From: Thalia democratica
Lineage: Eukaryota
Reading direction: 5' to 3'
DNA: 64,000 bases
NCBI GenBank assembly: GCA_965202585.1
Contig: OZ241826.1
Span: 80,042,001 to 80,106,000, forward strand
The position numbers were made by a program, and so were the translations under genes. The notes under the pieces are model-generated. The model was not told the DNA's origin. It saw nothing but the letters and a program-made list of their open reading frames with translations, and did not search any database. The stretch's first letter is position 1. The number at the start of each line of letters is the position of its first letter. This document shows positions 38,601 through 51,000 of the stretch, in pieces.

Positions 38601-41600
38601 GGAAAGATCAAAATATTGTTTAAATGAAAAAAATAACAAAAAACATTTTTCTAGACGGCAGAACGCAAGTGAAAGCGGAATTTCTCGTCTCTGATTCGCT
38701 GATTTTGGCCAGCAATGGCGATTTGTCGAAACCCATCAGAGAAGAGCTGGGCAGGTTGCTTGGCAACGAAACCAACGGTTGCCATGCTGTGACGTTACCG
38801 AGATCTTCCCGCTGGTTGTTGATGGTGGAAGGAAAAATATGGCTGATTTTATTTGGCACGTCATCCTCAGCAGAACTTGTCTGTTTGATGTTTTTGCTTA
38901 CTTTTAAAAACTTATAAAAAAAACCTAGACCAAATATAGATTTAATCGAAAGTTTAAAATCTTAATCAGTCTTATTTGACCCTAGCTGCTGTTAAGTAAA
39001 TTCTTCACTTTTTTGATTATTCTTTTTATTTTTTACTATTCGTATGGAAAGCATTGTTTATTTCTTACTTTTTTATAAAACAAAATTTATGTTAGTAACC
39101 ATTTTTTGTACTATATGAAAACAAAAATCATTGCAGTTTGAGATTGCTACCAAGTAAATGGTCTCACCACATAATGCTGAGAGAAGAAAGCAATGTTCTT
39201 CAGACACCATTCACATTCGCATTCGTTCTGATGATGAATGATCACCGATTTTGACATGAGAGCTTTCAGACTCTTCCCGTGATGTCTAATGCTTCTTTTC
39301 CAATCTTTTGCAGTCTCCCTCCCGCTTATCGCTTGGAACTCGTTGGGATGCATCCAGCTTTGCTTGCCCCCAAGCTCGTACAAAATTGACTTGCCTGTAA
39401 AGTAAAGATCCGTAAAGTTCAAAATGAAACGTTGAAAAAATTCTTGAGCTGCTTATTTTCTTTGTAAAAAAACATTTTAAGAATTTAGGTTAAATCTTTT
39501 CTTTTAATTAAATCATTTAAATTAAACGTATAAAACATAAAACAAATAAATACAGTAATACTATTAAAGTTCGCTCTGCTTTGCTAAATCTAAAAAGCTA
39601 AAGCAGTTTACAGATAAAGACGGCACATCGAGCAAAAATCGACTTAAACATGAAAAGAAAACTTCTCTAAAAAATCACGAGCGGCCGGATTGAATGGTAT
39701 TTCACGTTCTGGTCCAACAAACGAAAAAAACGAGGCGAAACATAAGGAATAGTCTGCGTTGCGAGAAGGTAATTAAATTGCAACTAAATACTTTTGTGCG
39801 TTAGCAGCTAGTGTGTTTTTTTGCGCTCGTGATTTTGAATTGCAATCTTCTTTGCAGAACTTTTAACTGTGTGTCAATTACAACATATTTTAAGCCAAAC
39901 ATGCTGTTCTTTTAAGTTTTTTACTTTCAGAATTTTTATAGGTTTTGTTTAAAAGGTCTTTGGCTTTTATTATTTGCTGTTATTGATAGTGTTTTTCTAA
40001 AACTACGAATATTTTATACTAAGTATATGAAAAAAATATTGACACAATGTTTATGTATACTTAAGACAAATAGATATAACATTTATTACAAAGATTTCGC
40101 ACAGTGCATTATTAATTTTAAAGTATATTTTACTTACGCTTAGGTAAGTTCTAAAAGTTATTACACTTAGGTTTTATTAGAAAGAGAATTTAGGTAACTA
40201 TAAAGATTCTTAAATATTTTTATTTATAAAATTATTTTAATAGACTTTACAAGCAGCACAGTTTCGTAAAGGACAAAAACAAAACAATAAAAAATCTTGA
40301 ATGTTGTATACTTTTTAAATAAATTACTTTTTATTTGAACAAACATATAATTTTCTATTATGTAGCAAGAGATTTAACTATAATAAGAAAAGAGTATCCT
40401 ATCTAAATCAATAATTAAATTTGCATATTTATAAAACACTAGACAAAAATAATTTTATTCCGAATTAGTTTTATTTTAATATAGATGTACTGACAAACCT
40501 ATCTTCAAACTTTAAATAATAACTTCAAAAAAACAAAAGCTTGTTTAAACTATTCGAATTTATAATTTATTACTAATTCATATCTGCATCAAGTAAAAAA
40601 ATCAAAATAATACATAAGCTGAACAAACATTTATTAACATAACCCACCTTTGCTACCCTGGCTGAGTCTTGCGATCTAGAGGAGGGCATTGTTGTCGCCG
40701 CAAGTCACCTCCAAAAACTCCTCTCCTCCTTCGTCCTTCTTCACTTCCACCTCCGAGCTGCTCACGTGACCTTTCGGCAGGTTCACCGTCCACCTGCAAC
40801 CCTCTGTTGCCACGTGGTGATGGCTGGTTGCCCCTGGAAACCGGTTTTGAAGTCTCATTTTGCTCACTGAACTTTCCATCAAATCTGCGGATGTTTTTAA
40901 CTTGCATTTAAACAGATTTTAATTTTAAGGTTAAATAAATTTGAGCATTGTAATTTTATCTTTCTACAAATGAAATTATCTATCAAATTTTTTTTGTTAC
41001 AGCTTTATAGCTTGTTTTGGTTACCAGGAGACTCACTTGTAATGATAGTAGAAAATGAAAAGCTTGTTAATTAAAAATTAATTAAAATAAGTTAAAAGTA
41101 ATTACATTGAAACTTATGTTTTCAAATACTCACCGACGACAGTTGTCTTTCAGTTTCATTTTGCTTTCCGAAATAAAAAAAAAAAAGTGAAAAGGCAAAA
41201 CACTCGCAGGTTGCTATTTCAAAGGAAGCTGGAAAGAAAAGGAAGCTCGTCAATCGATAAATTAGACACGCAACCAATGGTGACTCTCAGCAACGCTTCT
41301 ATCGACGAAGGTCGCCATTGTCAACACACAACAACGCAAAGAAAAAGCCGAATAGGTGAGCTGCAATGATGTGACAAAGAATTAAGAGCGGCGATAAAAA
41401 GAAGCTGCGACGGCAGCAGATAATCTTGAGCAGAAGGAAGCGAATAACCGTGACCAGTTTTCAGTGTTTGTATTTCGTAGCTGCATGTACAAACGAAATC
41501 GAATTTTTGCGGTGTCAACGGAGCGATATACAAACATTGATGGCGTTTTGAGAATAAAAAAAAAGAGAACGCCGTTCGACGCATCGTGCCAATTAAAAAA

Positions 41601-44600
41601 CTTTAATCTGCCGCTCGCACACCAAACAACGCTAGCTGTGACGTCATAATGATCTCTGTGTAAAAAGTGATTGCATTCGTCACACAACAGGCTTTTCAGT
41701 TTTCTTTGGTATAAAGCGCCGCTCCACAGCTGAGGATCGAACGACGAGAAGCCTTTATTCGCTATTTATCTCCGCGCCACATTTTTAACTTCTTTTTTTC
41801 GATGCGGCCGTTTGAAACTTTCTATCTATCTTTCTTTCTAATAAAACGTGTGAGACGGTTGAAGTGAAAATACTTTCTGCCGAAATTTGCTAAATGATTG
41901 AACGGCAGATAAAAAGCCAGCTTAACTCGCCGCGCTACTCAGAGCTTTTACTTGATTTAAGAGGCGTGTTCCGTGATTTAATGCTTTTCAAAAACGCATC
42001 GCGCGAGGCAAGTCGACCTTTCAGTGTTTTAAAAATCTTAGCGAGGTGCAGCTTAATTAGTAAGGCAGAAAGTTAAAAGTTTTGCAAAATTTTTTAGCAA
42101 TGAAAAAACTTAGAATTTTTTTCATACCTTTCTGTCAATTCATTTTTTTGCTAGCTTTCTTACTTTAGATGTCAAAAAACGTAAAATATTACAAATAATG
42201 TTTATTAGAGGCACAAGAACTTTCTGACTAGATCAATAAAACTAATTAAGCGTTACATGTTTTATATCAAAAAAAAAATTAACAAATACGAGAATAAAAA
42301 AAAAAACAAGAAAGGCATATCCATTATCTTAAACCACACAAAAAGTCATCAATATGTTGGAAGTCGTCTACATTGACCTGTGTGCGAATTTCGCAAGCAG
42401 TTTTTTGTTTGGTAACCGCCAACAACAAAACAACAAGAATCTCTCTCCCTTTTCCTAACTGAAATAATTAATCACCTTTTCTATACACATGCGTTGAGCA
42501 ATTTCGGGTTTTACAGCTGAAGATTGATTGGAACAAAGGGGAAGGTCAACGCTAATCCGCGGTGGCAGGACTTGGCACCGAAGTTACTGAAATCAGCTTT
42601 TTTAGCTATCAAATCTACTTTGAACCGCGAAGCACCTAAACACGCGCGAGTTTCTACGGTTAATAATTCGAATTTAAATTTCTTGAAAAATAATTGCGGT
42701 TGTTAAAAGCTTTGACGAGTGTAAGTTAATATGTATAAACTTCGTTTATATATTCAAGTGCTCAGTTACATTTATAAATATTAAAAAACTGATATACTTT
42801 CTGCAGTCATTAATGTCACAATAAAATTCAAGCTGGGAATGTTAAAACCATTGCTCGCTTAATTTTTTTTTTAAATAATATAAATCAATTTATCAGCTGC
42901 AAAACTTGTTCAACATATGCAAGGTTAATTGCCGTTTAACATTTTTTTTAATAAAATCCAAAACAGATTTAAACATTTTTTTAATAACCGGAATATTTAG
43001 AAAACATTTTAGCAAATATAAATGAAAACTTTAATTTTGTATTGACTTTTTCATTGTGTCACACTATACAGTTCAACAAAAACTAACTGTTGTCGTTAGG
43101 AGTAACGTTTCTTTTTCCGTTGTTACTAACAGCAGTAGGGGACTGCTGACATTCGGCAATGGAAGTCGTGGATGACAGATCTGGTGATGACGTCATAGCG
43201 GAAGTTGATCTCTGTTGCGTGGAAACCAGTTTGAGCTGGTTGTTGCTGTGTAAAAGATGAGAATCAGTAACAAAATAAAAATAATAAAAAAAAATCTAAA
43301 ACGGTGTTATAGTTAATTATTAAACTTAGTTGTAAAAAAACTGCAAACTCTTTATTTTGAAGAAAAAAAAAAAATAATAAATAACTTTTTCCTTTATCAG
43401 GTAATAAATCAAGTTTAGTTACTGGAAGTGAAAGTTAGTTTTTGTTTTAAAAGACAAAAATCTTTTTAAAACACGCTTTATTCTAATTATAATTTTAGTA
43501 ATTTATAATTTTACCGTAAAAACGTTGAGTTCTCGAACATTGGCATATTATAAAAAGGCAACAAACTTTCTTGCTTCTTGTTTAAGTTCATCAGGTTTAA
43601 AACTTGTAACCTGAAAGTATTTTGTTTCAAGCAATAGCAAACTTAAAGTCTGTTTTTGAAAGCTTATAAGCTTTCATTTATGATAAAATAAATTCACTGG
43701 AAAGATTGAAAAGGGACAAAGACAAATTTTATTGTTTTAAAGATGTTTTCGCCTGCAAAATATTCAAATACTAAGCGACCACAAATAAAAACACAAATTA
43801 AATAAAGAGAAGTTTTTGATTAGTAAATTGAGTACATAAATTAAACGAAAGCGAACTTTGTTTTGCAAACAGCGTACCGGTGCTAAAATCTTGTTTTACA
43901 TTCAATATTTTTGTTGTTACAACTCAACAAGTCAGCAGTTGCCATAGCAACCAGCCACACACGCGGCAGTAAAAACACATCCGACGAGCCAACGACGTCG
44001 CTATGTAAACATCTCTTTAGCAACGGTTGCCAAGTTGCGAGCTGCAATGAAGCCGATAAACAGCTGCAATGGTCTCTGGCATGGCAACCGAGGTGGCATG
44101 GTTGCTTGACAACCGGGTCGTACCGCTTTCAGCACTTCCGCACTCTTAATTAACCAGCTTCGACGAAAATCACCGACGTCTGCGAAGGCGGTTTTAAGTT
44201 TCCTCCAGATGCGGTAAAGTAAACCATATGTCTAAAGTTTCGAGTTTTTTCTCAAGAAAATTTTTTTTGATGTAAATGTTTTCCAGAATTAGTTTTCTAT
44301 AGTCTTTAGCTGTGTTACTTTGAACGACACAACTTTACCAGTTAGTAATACTTGAAGTTAATAAGTTTATTATTGTCCAAAAAAAGTTCAAGTACATTTA
44401 CTAGTACTTTATACTATCCTTTAAATAAATGCGAGATTGAGTTAATTAATATTAATTCTTTCCTACTAAGTATAAACGCCTGTAGTAAATTTTATTGTTT
44501 TTTATAAGGTTATTTGTTTGTATTTCGACCTGCAATATCATAGTAAAAATATATTCAAAAACCTACCACACAAAAAAGCTAAACAATAAAACTTAATTTA

Positions 44601-45028
44601 AAGCAAAAATTTCTTTCTTTAAAAAATTAGTACAATTTTTGTAAGTTTTAAAAGATTACAAACAACGTAATTTTTAATAGGTATTTTTGTTGATAAAAAG
44701 ATATTTTAGTTTTTGTTTTACTAAGTTAAAGAATAGTTTGTTTAAAAACTCACCAATTAACCTGATTTGGGCCTCCTAATTGTAGCGGGTCGAACCCGGA
44801 AAATTCATCACCTTTTTGCTGTTTAGCCCTATTTATCCAACCGAAACTAGAGGAAGTTTGCGGAAATCCCACAGGAAACGGGTTACCAGGCAACATGGCT
44901 GCCGGGTTGTTAAGCATCCACATACTGGCAAGGTCGGGTTGAGAAATAAAATCCCCGAAATCGGTACCTGATTGGCTTAAAACTGTCGATAAATCGGGAG
45001 AAATATCCGGAACTGCTGAAGAACCCAT
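35634..45028 (-). pseudogene. SAMD11: SAMD11-like copy B: full 12-exon structure with one nonsense codon in SAND exon 3 (recent pseudogene or SAND-defective isoform)
   Basis: Exons 44754-45028, 43088-43245 (9-nt in-frame deletion vs A), 40648-40884, 39168-39394, 38645-38880, 38318-38438, 38177-38243, 37993-38041, 37032-37235, 36645-36722, 36045-36303, 35634-35825 all have GT-AG ends. In-frame TAG at 40676-40678 replaces the Tyr (TAC) of ALLY. No other lesion found. Confidence 0.65.
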
Positions 45029-48000
45029 ATTTAGAATATTTTTTTTTATACTAAAAGTGTTATTTTGGTATTTAGTACCTGTAAGTGATTAGTAAATGTT
45101 TTTAATTTGAAAAAGTATTCTTCGCAAAAACAAAGTAATCTGCATAAAATTAAATTTTTTTAACAATTTTTATTATGATTCTCAGTTTTATGCTGTTTCT
45201 ATCAGGAACAAAAGTAGTAATGACTAACTTACAAATAAGTAATATTTACCAAGAATTTAAATTAATATAAAGTAGCTGTTGTTTTGAATTTACTTAGAGT
45301 AATTCATAATAAATAGTAAATCGTAAAATGTTAACCAAAAATTGCTTTAAAAATATGTGAGAAAGATTTTGGTAAGTCTTACATTAATAACAAAAATATT
45401 TCTTTTCAATGTATTATTCTTAATACCTCTAACTTAAACACTACCTAAACAAAAACTTATTCAAAAATTTTAAATTGTAAACACTATACTCACGCTTATT
45501 GATTAATTAACAAGGATATATAAGAAATTCTAATATAATACGTAGCATTACATTTTTATTTATTAAAAACACAAAATACTGTAATATAAAATTAAAGTTA
45601 ATTAAGCTTAAGACACCTCAGAAACTTTTAATTATAATATCTATTCGCATCCAACCTCTTAAAAAATTTTTTTTTTGGAAAAATTCTAGCCCTAAAACTT
45701 GAGGCAAACGCGCTCCTCTCAGCATCTCGTTACCACGGCAATCAATTTTGACCGTGGCGACGACCGGGGAGGAGGCACCAAGGAAGACAGATTGCGATCA
45801 GCTCCGTTGCCTGGCAACTGATTACTGTGATGAGCGATATTTAATTTTATCAGCTTCGCGGTAACGGACCGCGGCGAAAGGAGGCGAAATCGTGTTAGCA
45901 AAAGCGCGCTGTGCAAACTCTGAAAGCCGAGCGGCGCGTTGTGCGAAAAACCGCAGCTCTCTTCATTGCTTGTGTTTGCGATAAAAACACGCAACCGAAA
46001 ACACACCGAGCGAAAATCACCGCCCCTCTGCTTTTAAAGCTTTTTCTTCTTTAAAACGAAAAAAAAAACAGCGACGGGAGCCTCTAACGAGCTGGCAATT
46101 AGCGAGAGAAGAAATCAACAGCGCGTTGTGTGTGGCAGCTGTCTGTTAAAGCGATTTTAAAATCCCTTGTCTTGAGGTTAGCGGATAAAGAAGCGAGGTG
46201 AAATTAGCGATGTCGGCGACAGATTTGCTTTTTGTTCGGAAACTGAATAAAGGCGACAGTTTTCGGCATACCACTTGTCTGTCTCGAATTTTTTTGTTCG
46301 CCTTCCCAAGTAATTTCGACACGCTGATTGAATGTTAAATGATTTCTGATGGAATACCGCGTGTAAAAAGTGAAAGAAATGCTTGCAACCAGCAAATAGG
46401 AACTCAAAAACTTTATCGTTTGTTTGAAAATATAGTTGTTATAAATAGACTATTCAATAATGTATTAGTTAGAATTAAAACAATTAAAAAATAAGCAAAA
46501 ATAAGAAGCTGCTTGCTTTATGAGCTTTTTAAAAGCATTTACAAAGCGCAAGGAAAAAATAAGTTATCAAAGAAATCCGTATGGCTTCTCCTAGCATGCA
46601 AGTGCCCATCAGAGATTATGACTTTATGTTAGCCAACTTCCAAACGCAAAATAAAATAACAAAGTTTCTATGCTGCTTTTTAAAAGGTTGATAATTCGGC
46701 GTCTCTAATTAGCGGCATGTGGGAGCATTCACTTGGAAGCCATAAAGAGAAGATTTCAAACAATTCTTCGCCAATCATTCACATACAACTTGCCCTCACC
46801 TAATTTCGCTGCTTCTTATCTCGCTGCGATTATCCCCTTCGTTTCGTTCTCTCGCAAACTGCTGTCACTCATAAAAATAAGGAAAAGGCATCTAGCTGCT
46901 GAGATAACTTCACTTCGTGCGACGGCACAACGCTTTAAAAGGGGGCGGTTTTGAAGGGTCTCTAATGAAATCTCGCTGGTGTTCTGGATGTGTTGTGTAA
47001 TTTCGTTGAAATTTTTGAAGAGCCCGTAGTTCAACAATCCTTTAAATGTTTTTACGGCGTCGCGAAAGAAAGCAACTTTTTTCTTCCTTTGTTTTTACTC
47101 ATACTTTTGTTTATTAAGTCTATTTATTCGCTACTAAGTTTGTTCGACGCATAATTAATTTAATACTTTTGTTTGTCTACAAGTCAAAATTGCTGTATTC
47201 AAGTTGTAGAAAATAAATGACAACACATTATAAAGTTGTTAGTTGAGGCTTTCAAAGTAAAACTATTCTAATTATTCAATTTCTTAAACAGTTAGAGTTA
47301 ATTCTAAAAATATATATGCATAAAGATGTCATTTAATTTTGTTGTTAATAAAATAAGACTTTTTTTTAAAATTATCAAAAAACTGTTTGGTACAAAGTGT
47401 CTAATTGTTTACTATTTTAGTATTTTTTGCTCTTAACAATTAAAACAATTATTTTGTAACTACTTATTTTGTAGATAAGAGTAGCTTGTATTTATATTTC
47501 GGATACATCGATTATTAATAGTTTACTGTAAAGTTTTAAATTTAAAACAATTTATGTATAAAAAGACTTTTCCAATTCAAATTAGTTGTTTAGTTTTCAT
47601 ATAACTGATGTTTAAAAATAGTTTAATAATTTTAATTCTCGTTCTTTAAAGTACTTATAAAAACTGTAAAAACAATAACAAAAAACTTTAACTACTTATT
47701 TTAAGTTTCTGTTCATACCATCTACAAAAAAATGTATACTTGATCGAATTAACATTACAAATGTAAACCTAAACTTTTAAACAACAATAATCATATAATA
47801 AAAATAACTAAACTATGTGTTTCAAATAAAAACTTTTCAAACCAGCAAACGGCTCAATAGCCGCCAACGACGGCATAAACTCGATTTTCAAAACTTCGAA
47901 AAGCTTCCAAAGCTGCCGTCTCGCTTTGCTTCTGCCTACAAAATAAAAAGCTTCTGCTCGTCGATGGCCGTCGAATGCACTTCTTTCCGCCGCCTCTCTC

Positions 48001-51000
48001 CACGTCGTCGCCGCTTTTTACAGCGCAAATTTTTAACCGCAGCCGCTGTTGCTCGAAAGTGAAAAGAGAGAGAAAGGCGACGAAGCATCAGATCACACAC
48101 GACCCTCAAACAAAGCCGCCACCCCTCAAAATTTCGCCCGTGCGACTGAAAAGCTGCTGTCGGGCTACGAGGGATCGTAATTGTGAGGGCATAGGAAGCA
48201 ATAACCTCGCTGTGCGCTGTGCGAGGAAAAACACCGCGCTTGTGTGGGGAGAATTTGAACTTTTATTGGCTTCGTTGTTGTGCTTTCGGCCGACGTCGCT
48301 GGTTTTTGGTAATTGCTTTTGCTTGGTAAGTGGATATTTTTCGGAAAGTGAAAAAGTCTGCTGTAAAATTTTTGGTTTTATATCTTAAAAATATTATGAT
48401 GGATCTTTAATTCAAAGGGATTGATATTATACATTTAAGTATTATCTTGTGTTTTTTCTTTTTCGTTCAATTTTTTCTAAATGGGCTTGTTAAAGTTATA
48501 CATAGTAATACCAAAGTCATCGAAAAATAACAGCTAAAATTGTAAACGAACAAAAAGCAGTGTGGCAAGACGTTTCACTACTTTCACTGTTCAGCCATCT
48601 GCTTGTGAGGTCACAATACTCACCGAGTTCTATTTTTTTCGGTGGAAAACAACGACGATTGCGCACTCGTGGAAAAACATTATAAATCAAACTAAAGTTT
48701 CACTGGGATTATGAATTTTGAGAAGAAAATATTTCCACTGGGAGATAAACCGCTAACCTGCAGTGCATTCAGTTACATGCTGATGTGCTGATTGTTATCG
48801 GCGCTTCAAAGTTCGCTGAATATAATTTTGCAAAGCTCGGTGGTAATTAATTAATAGAGAGAGTAGCGGTGTAAGAAAGCCACTAGGAAAATCGAGTTAC
48901 GATTCCCTAACGGCCGCTCTGGTTAGTAAATGTTTTAAAGCGCGCTGCAGTGCTAACATATTTCAGTTGTGATATTTTATTAGCTGCTTGAAGCAGCTTT
49001 ATTTTGTTGAAATGATTTTACTTCTTATATGAATTTTGTATCTCGCAACTGACTCCTTTATCAGCTGACTGAAATTTTCACAAATGTTTGGATGAGTAAC
49101 TTATAAGCTGTGTTGTAAAGGTTTTTAAATAATTTTTTTTTAAATTTAAGTGATGTTATTAAGCTACATTGATAGTTAACAGAGCATTTTTATCAGGTTT
49201 AGCTTATATTAGCTTTTTAAAGTTTCCAAGAAAATATATACTTGCGAAAGTGTTGAAAAATTGAATTTTAGTATAAATAGTATCAGTTTTAGTAGTTTAG
49301 CCTTTAAAAGTGATGTTGTTTTATTATAAATATTCAGTAATAACTCAAAAGTAACAATTAGTAACAAATTACTTTAAAAAATGCTTTTTTGCATAGCTGT
49401 GAAAAGTTTTTATTTTATTGAAAATATAATATATTTTAGCAAAGAAGACATTTTTGTAACTTTTTATAGTTGTCGAGTTTCAAAAACAAATAGTATTTAC
49501 AAGTTTTTTTCCGTATTAAAGTTCATTTTTAAAAGAAAACTTTTAAAGAAAATTTATGTAATTGCTTGAACTCAGTTTTACAGTAAGTAATTTAATAATG
49601 CACGTTTTTTGTTTTTAACTAAAGAGGGCAGTAATTATCAAACTTATAAAAAAATTCGTAAAACTTGTTACAAAAATATAGCATTTTGCTTAAAACTAGC
49701 ATACAGTTTTTTTTTTCACTAAAATTACTACTATTATTGATAAATAGTGTTTATACTTGTTAAACAGTTGAGATTTAATAACAACATATTTTAAATTGAA
49801 ATAAATAAAATATTAAATTATCTTAGACTAAAATATTCTTGAAAGCTGTATATCAAGTACATTTTTTCATTAAAAAAACACTCAGACGATCTATATAAAC
49901 TTTCATTCTACTAAGATTTCATTCATAGTAATATAATTCAAAATATACAATTATAAACATGCTTATAGTTTGTAATTATTTTGTTTACATTATTTTTTAT
50001 AATCTAATATAGATCAATGTTACTTTTATTGAAAGTTATCTACTCAATTTTCTTTTTGTAATAATTTAGGTTATACAAGCATACAATAAAAAATTTGAAT
50101 AATTTACACTGATTTTGTAACTTTAGTTTCTACTTTAGTAACTGGCAGAATGGATACCAAAAAAATATTATTTCGTATTTTTCTCACCACATTTCAAATG
50201 CATCATTGATGTTCTGTTAAACTTCCCTACATTTGAAATATCATACACTACAAATATTTTTTACTGTAAATTTTAACAAGATAAACTGCACAAAACTAAA
50301 GTTTTTATCAACCTAATTTGGTAAAACAACTTTGTTTTATTTTTGTTGTTTAAATCTCATTTTTAGTAAATAGAAAACAAGCTTGGTTTTTTATAAACAG
50401 TTTGCTTATAAGTCGTTCTAAATACTAGTTTAAAAACTTGATAACATAGTATAATTATACACAGTATGTTAAAAGTAAATAAAGTAATAACTTGTTTTTC
50501 ATAATTGTTGTGTTAAGTTTAATTACTTAGTCTATATACTGTAATTAATAACAAAATATACGTTAAAAATTATTTCTACAGTAAACTATGAATATTTTTA
50601 CTTATTTTATATACTAACATTTCTCCATTTTTTTTTCTTGCGAATAATTTGCTCTTATCGGCTTAAATTGGTTACAAATTTTCTCATCCGTTGCTTAGCA
50701 ACAATTGCCAGTAAACAAGTTATTTGAATAGGGACATTTTTGTCAGTTTAGCTTGTATGCTGTGTGATTCCGCTGGTTACTAGACACTTATCTTGTTTAT
50801 TAGTCTCAAGTAAAACATACTTAGTAGATTCTCCCTGTTTCAAACACAACTTGTTTTATGTCTTATTTAGACGGTTTAGTAGGTATAATAATAAATAAGC
50901 AGTTTGGTATCTGTACACCTAAAGTGATCTAGTTTGATTTGTTTTTTTTATCTTGCTTACTGTTGTGTAACCAAAACTCTTCTGTTTAGAGCTCACAAAG

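Noticed and set aside
42799-43062. ~270-bp B-specific intron insertion (and ~670-bp A-specific segment at ~7560-8330) as possible mobile elements
   Set aside because: No TIRs, TSD, poly-A tail or ORF could be identified, and insertion versus deletion cannot be polarised.
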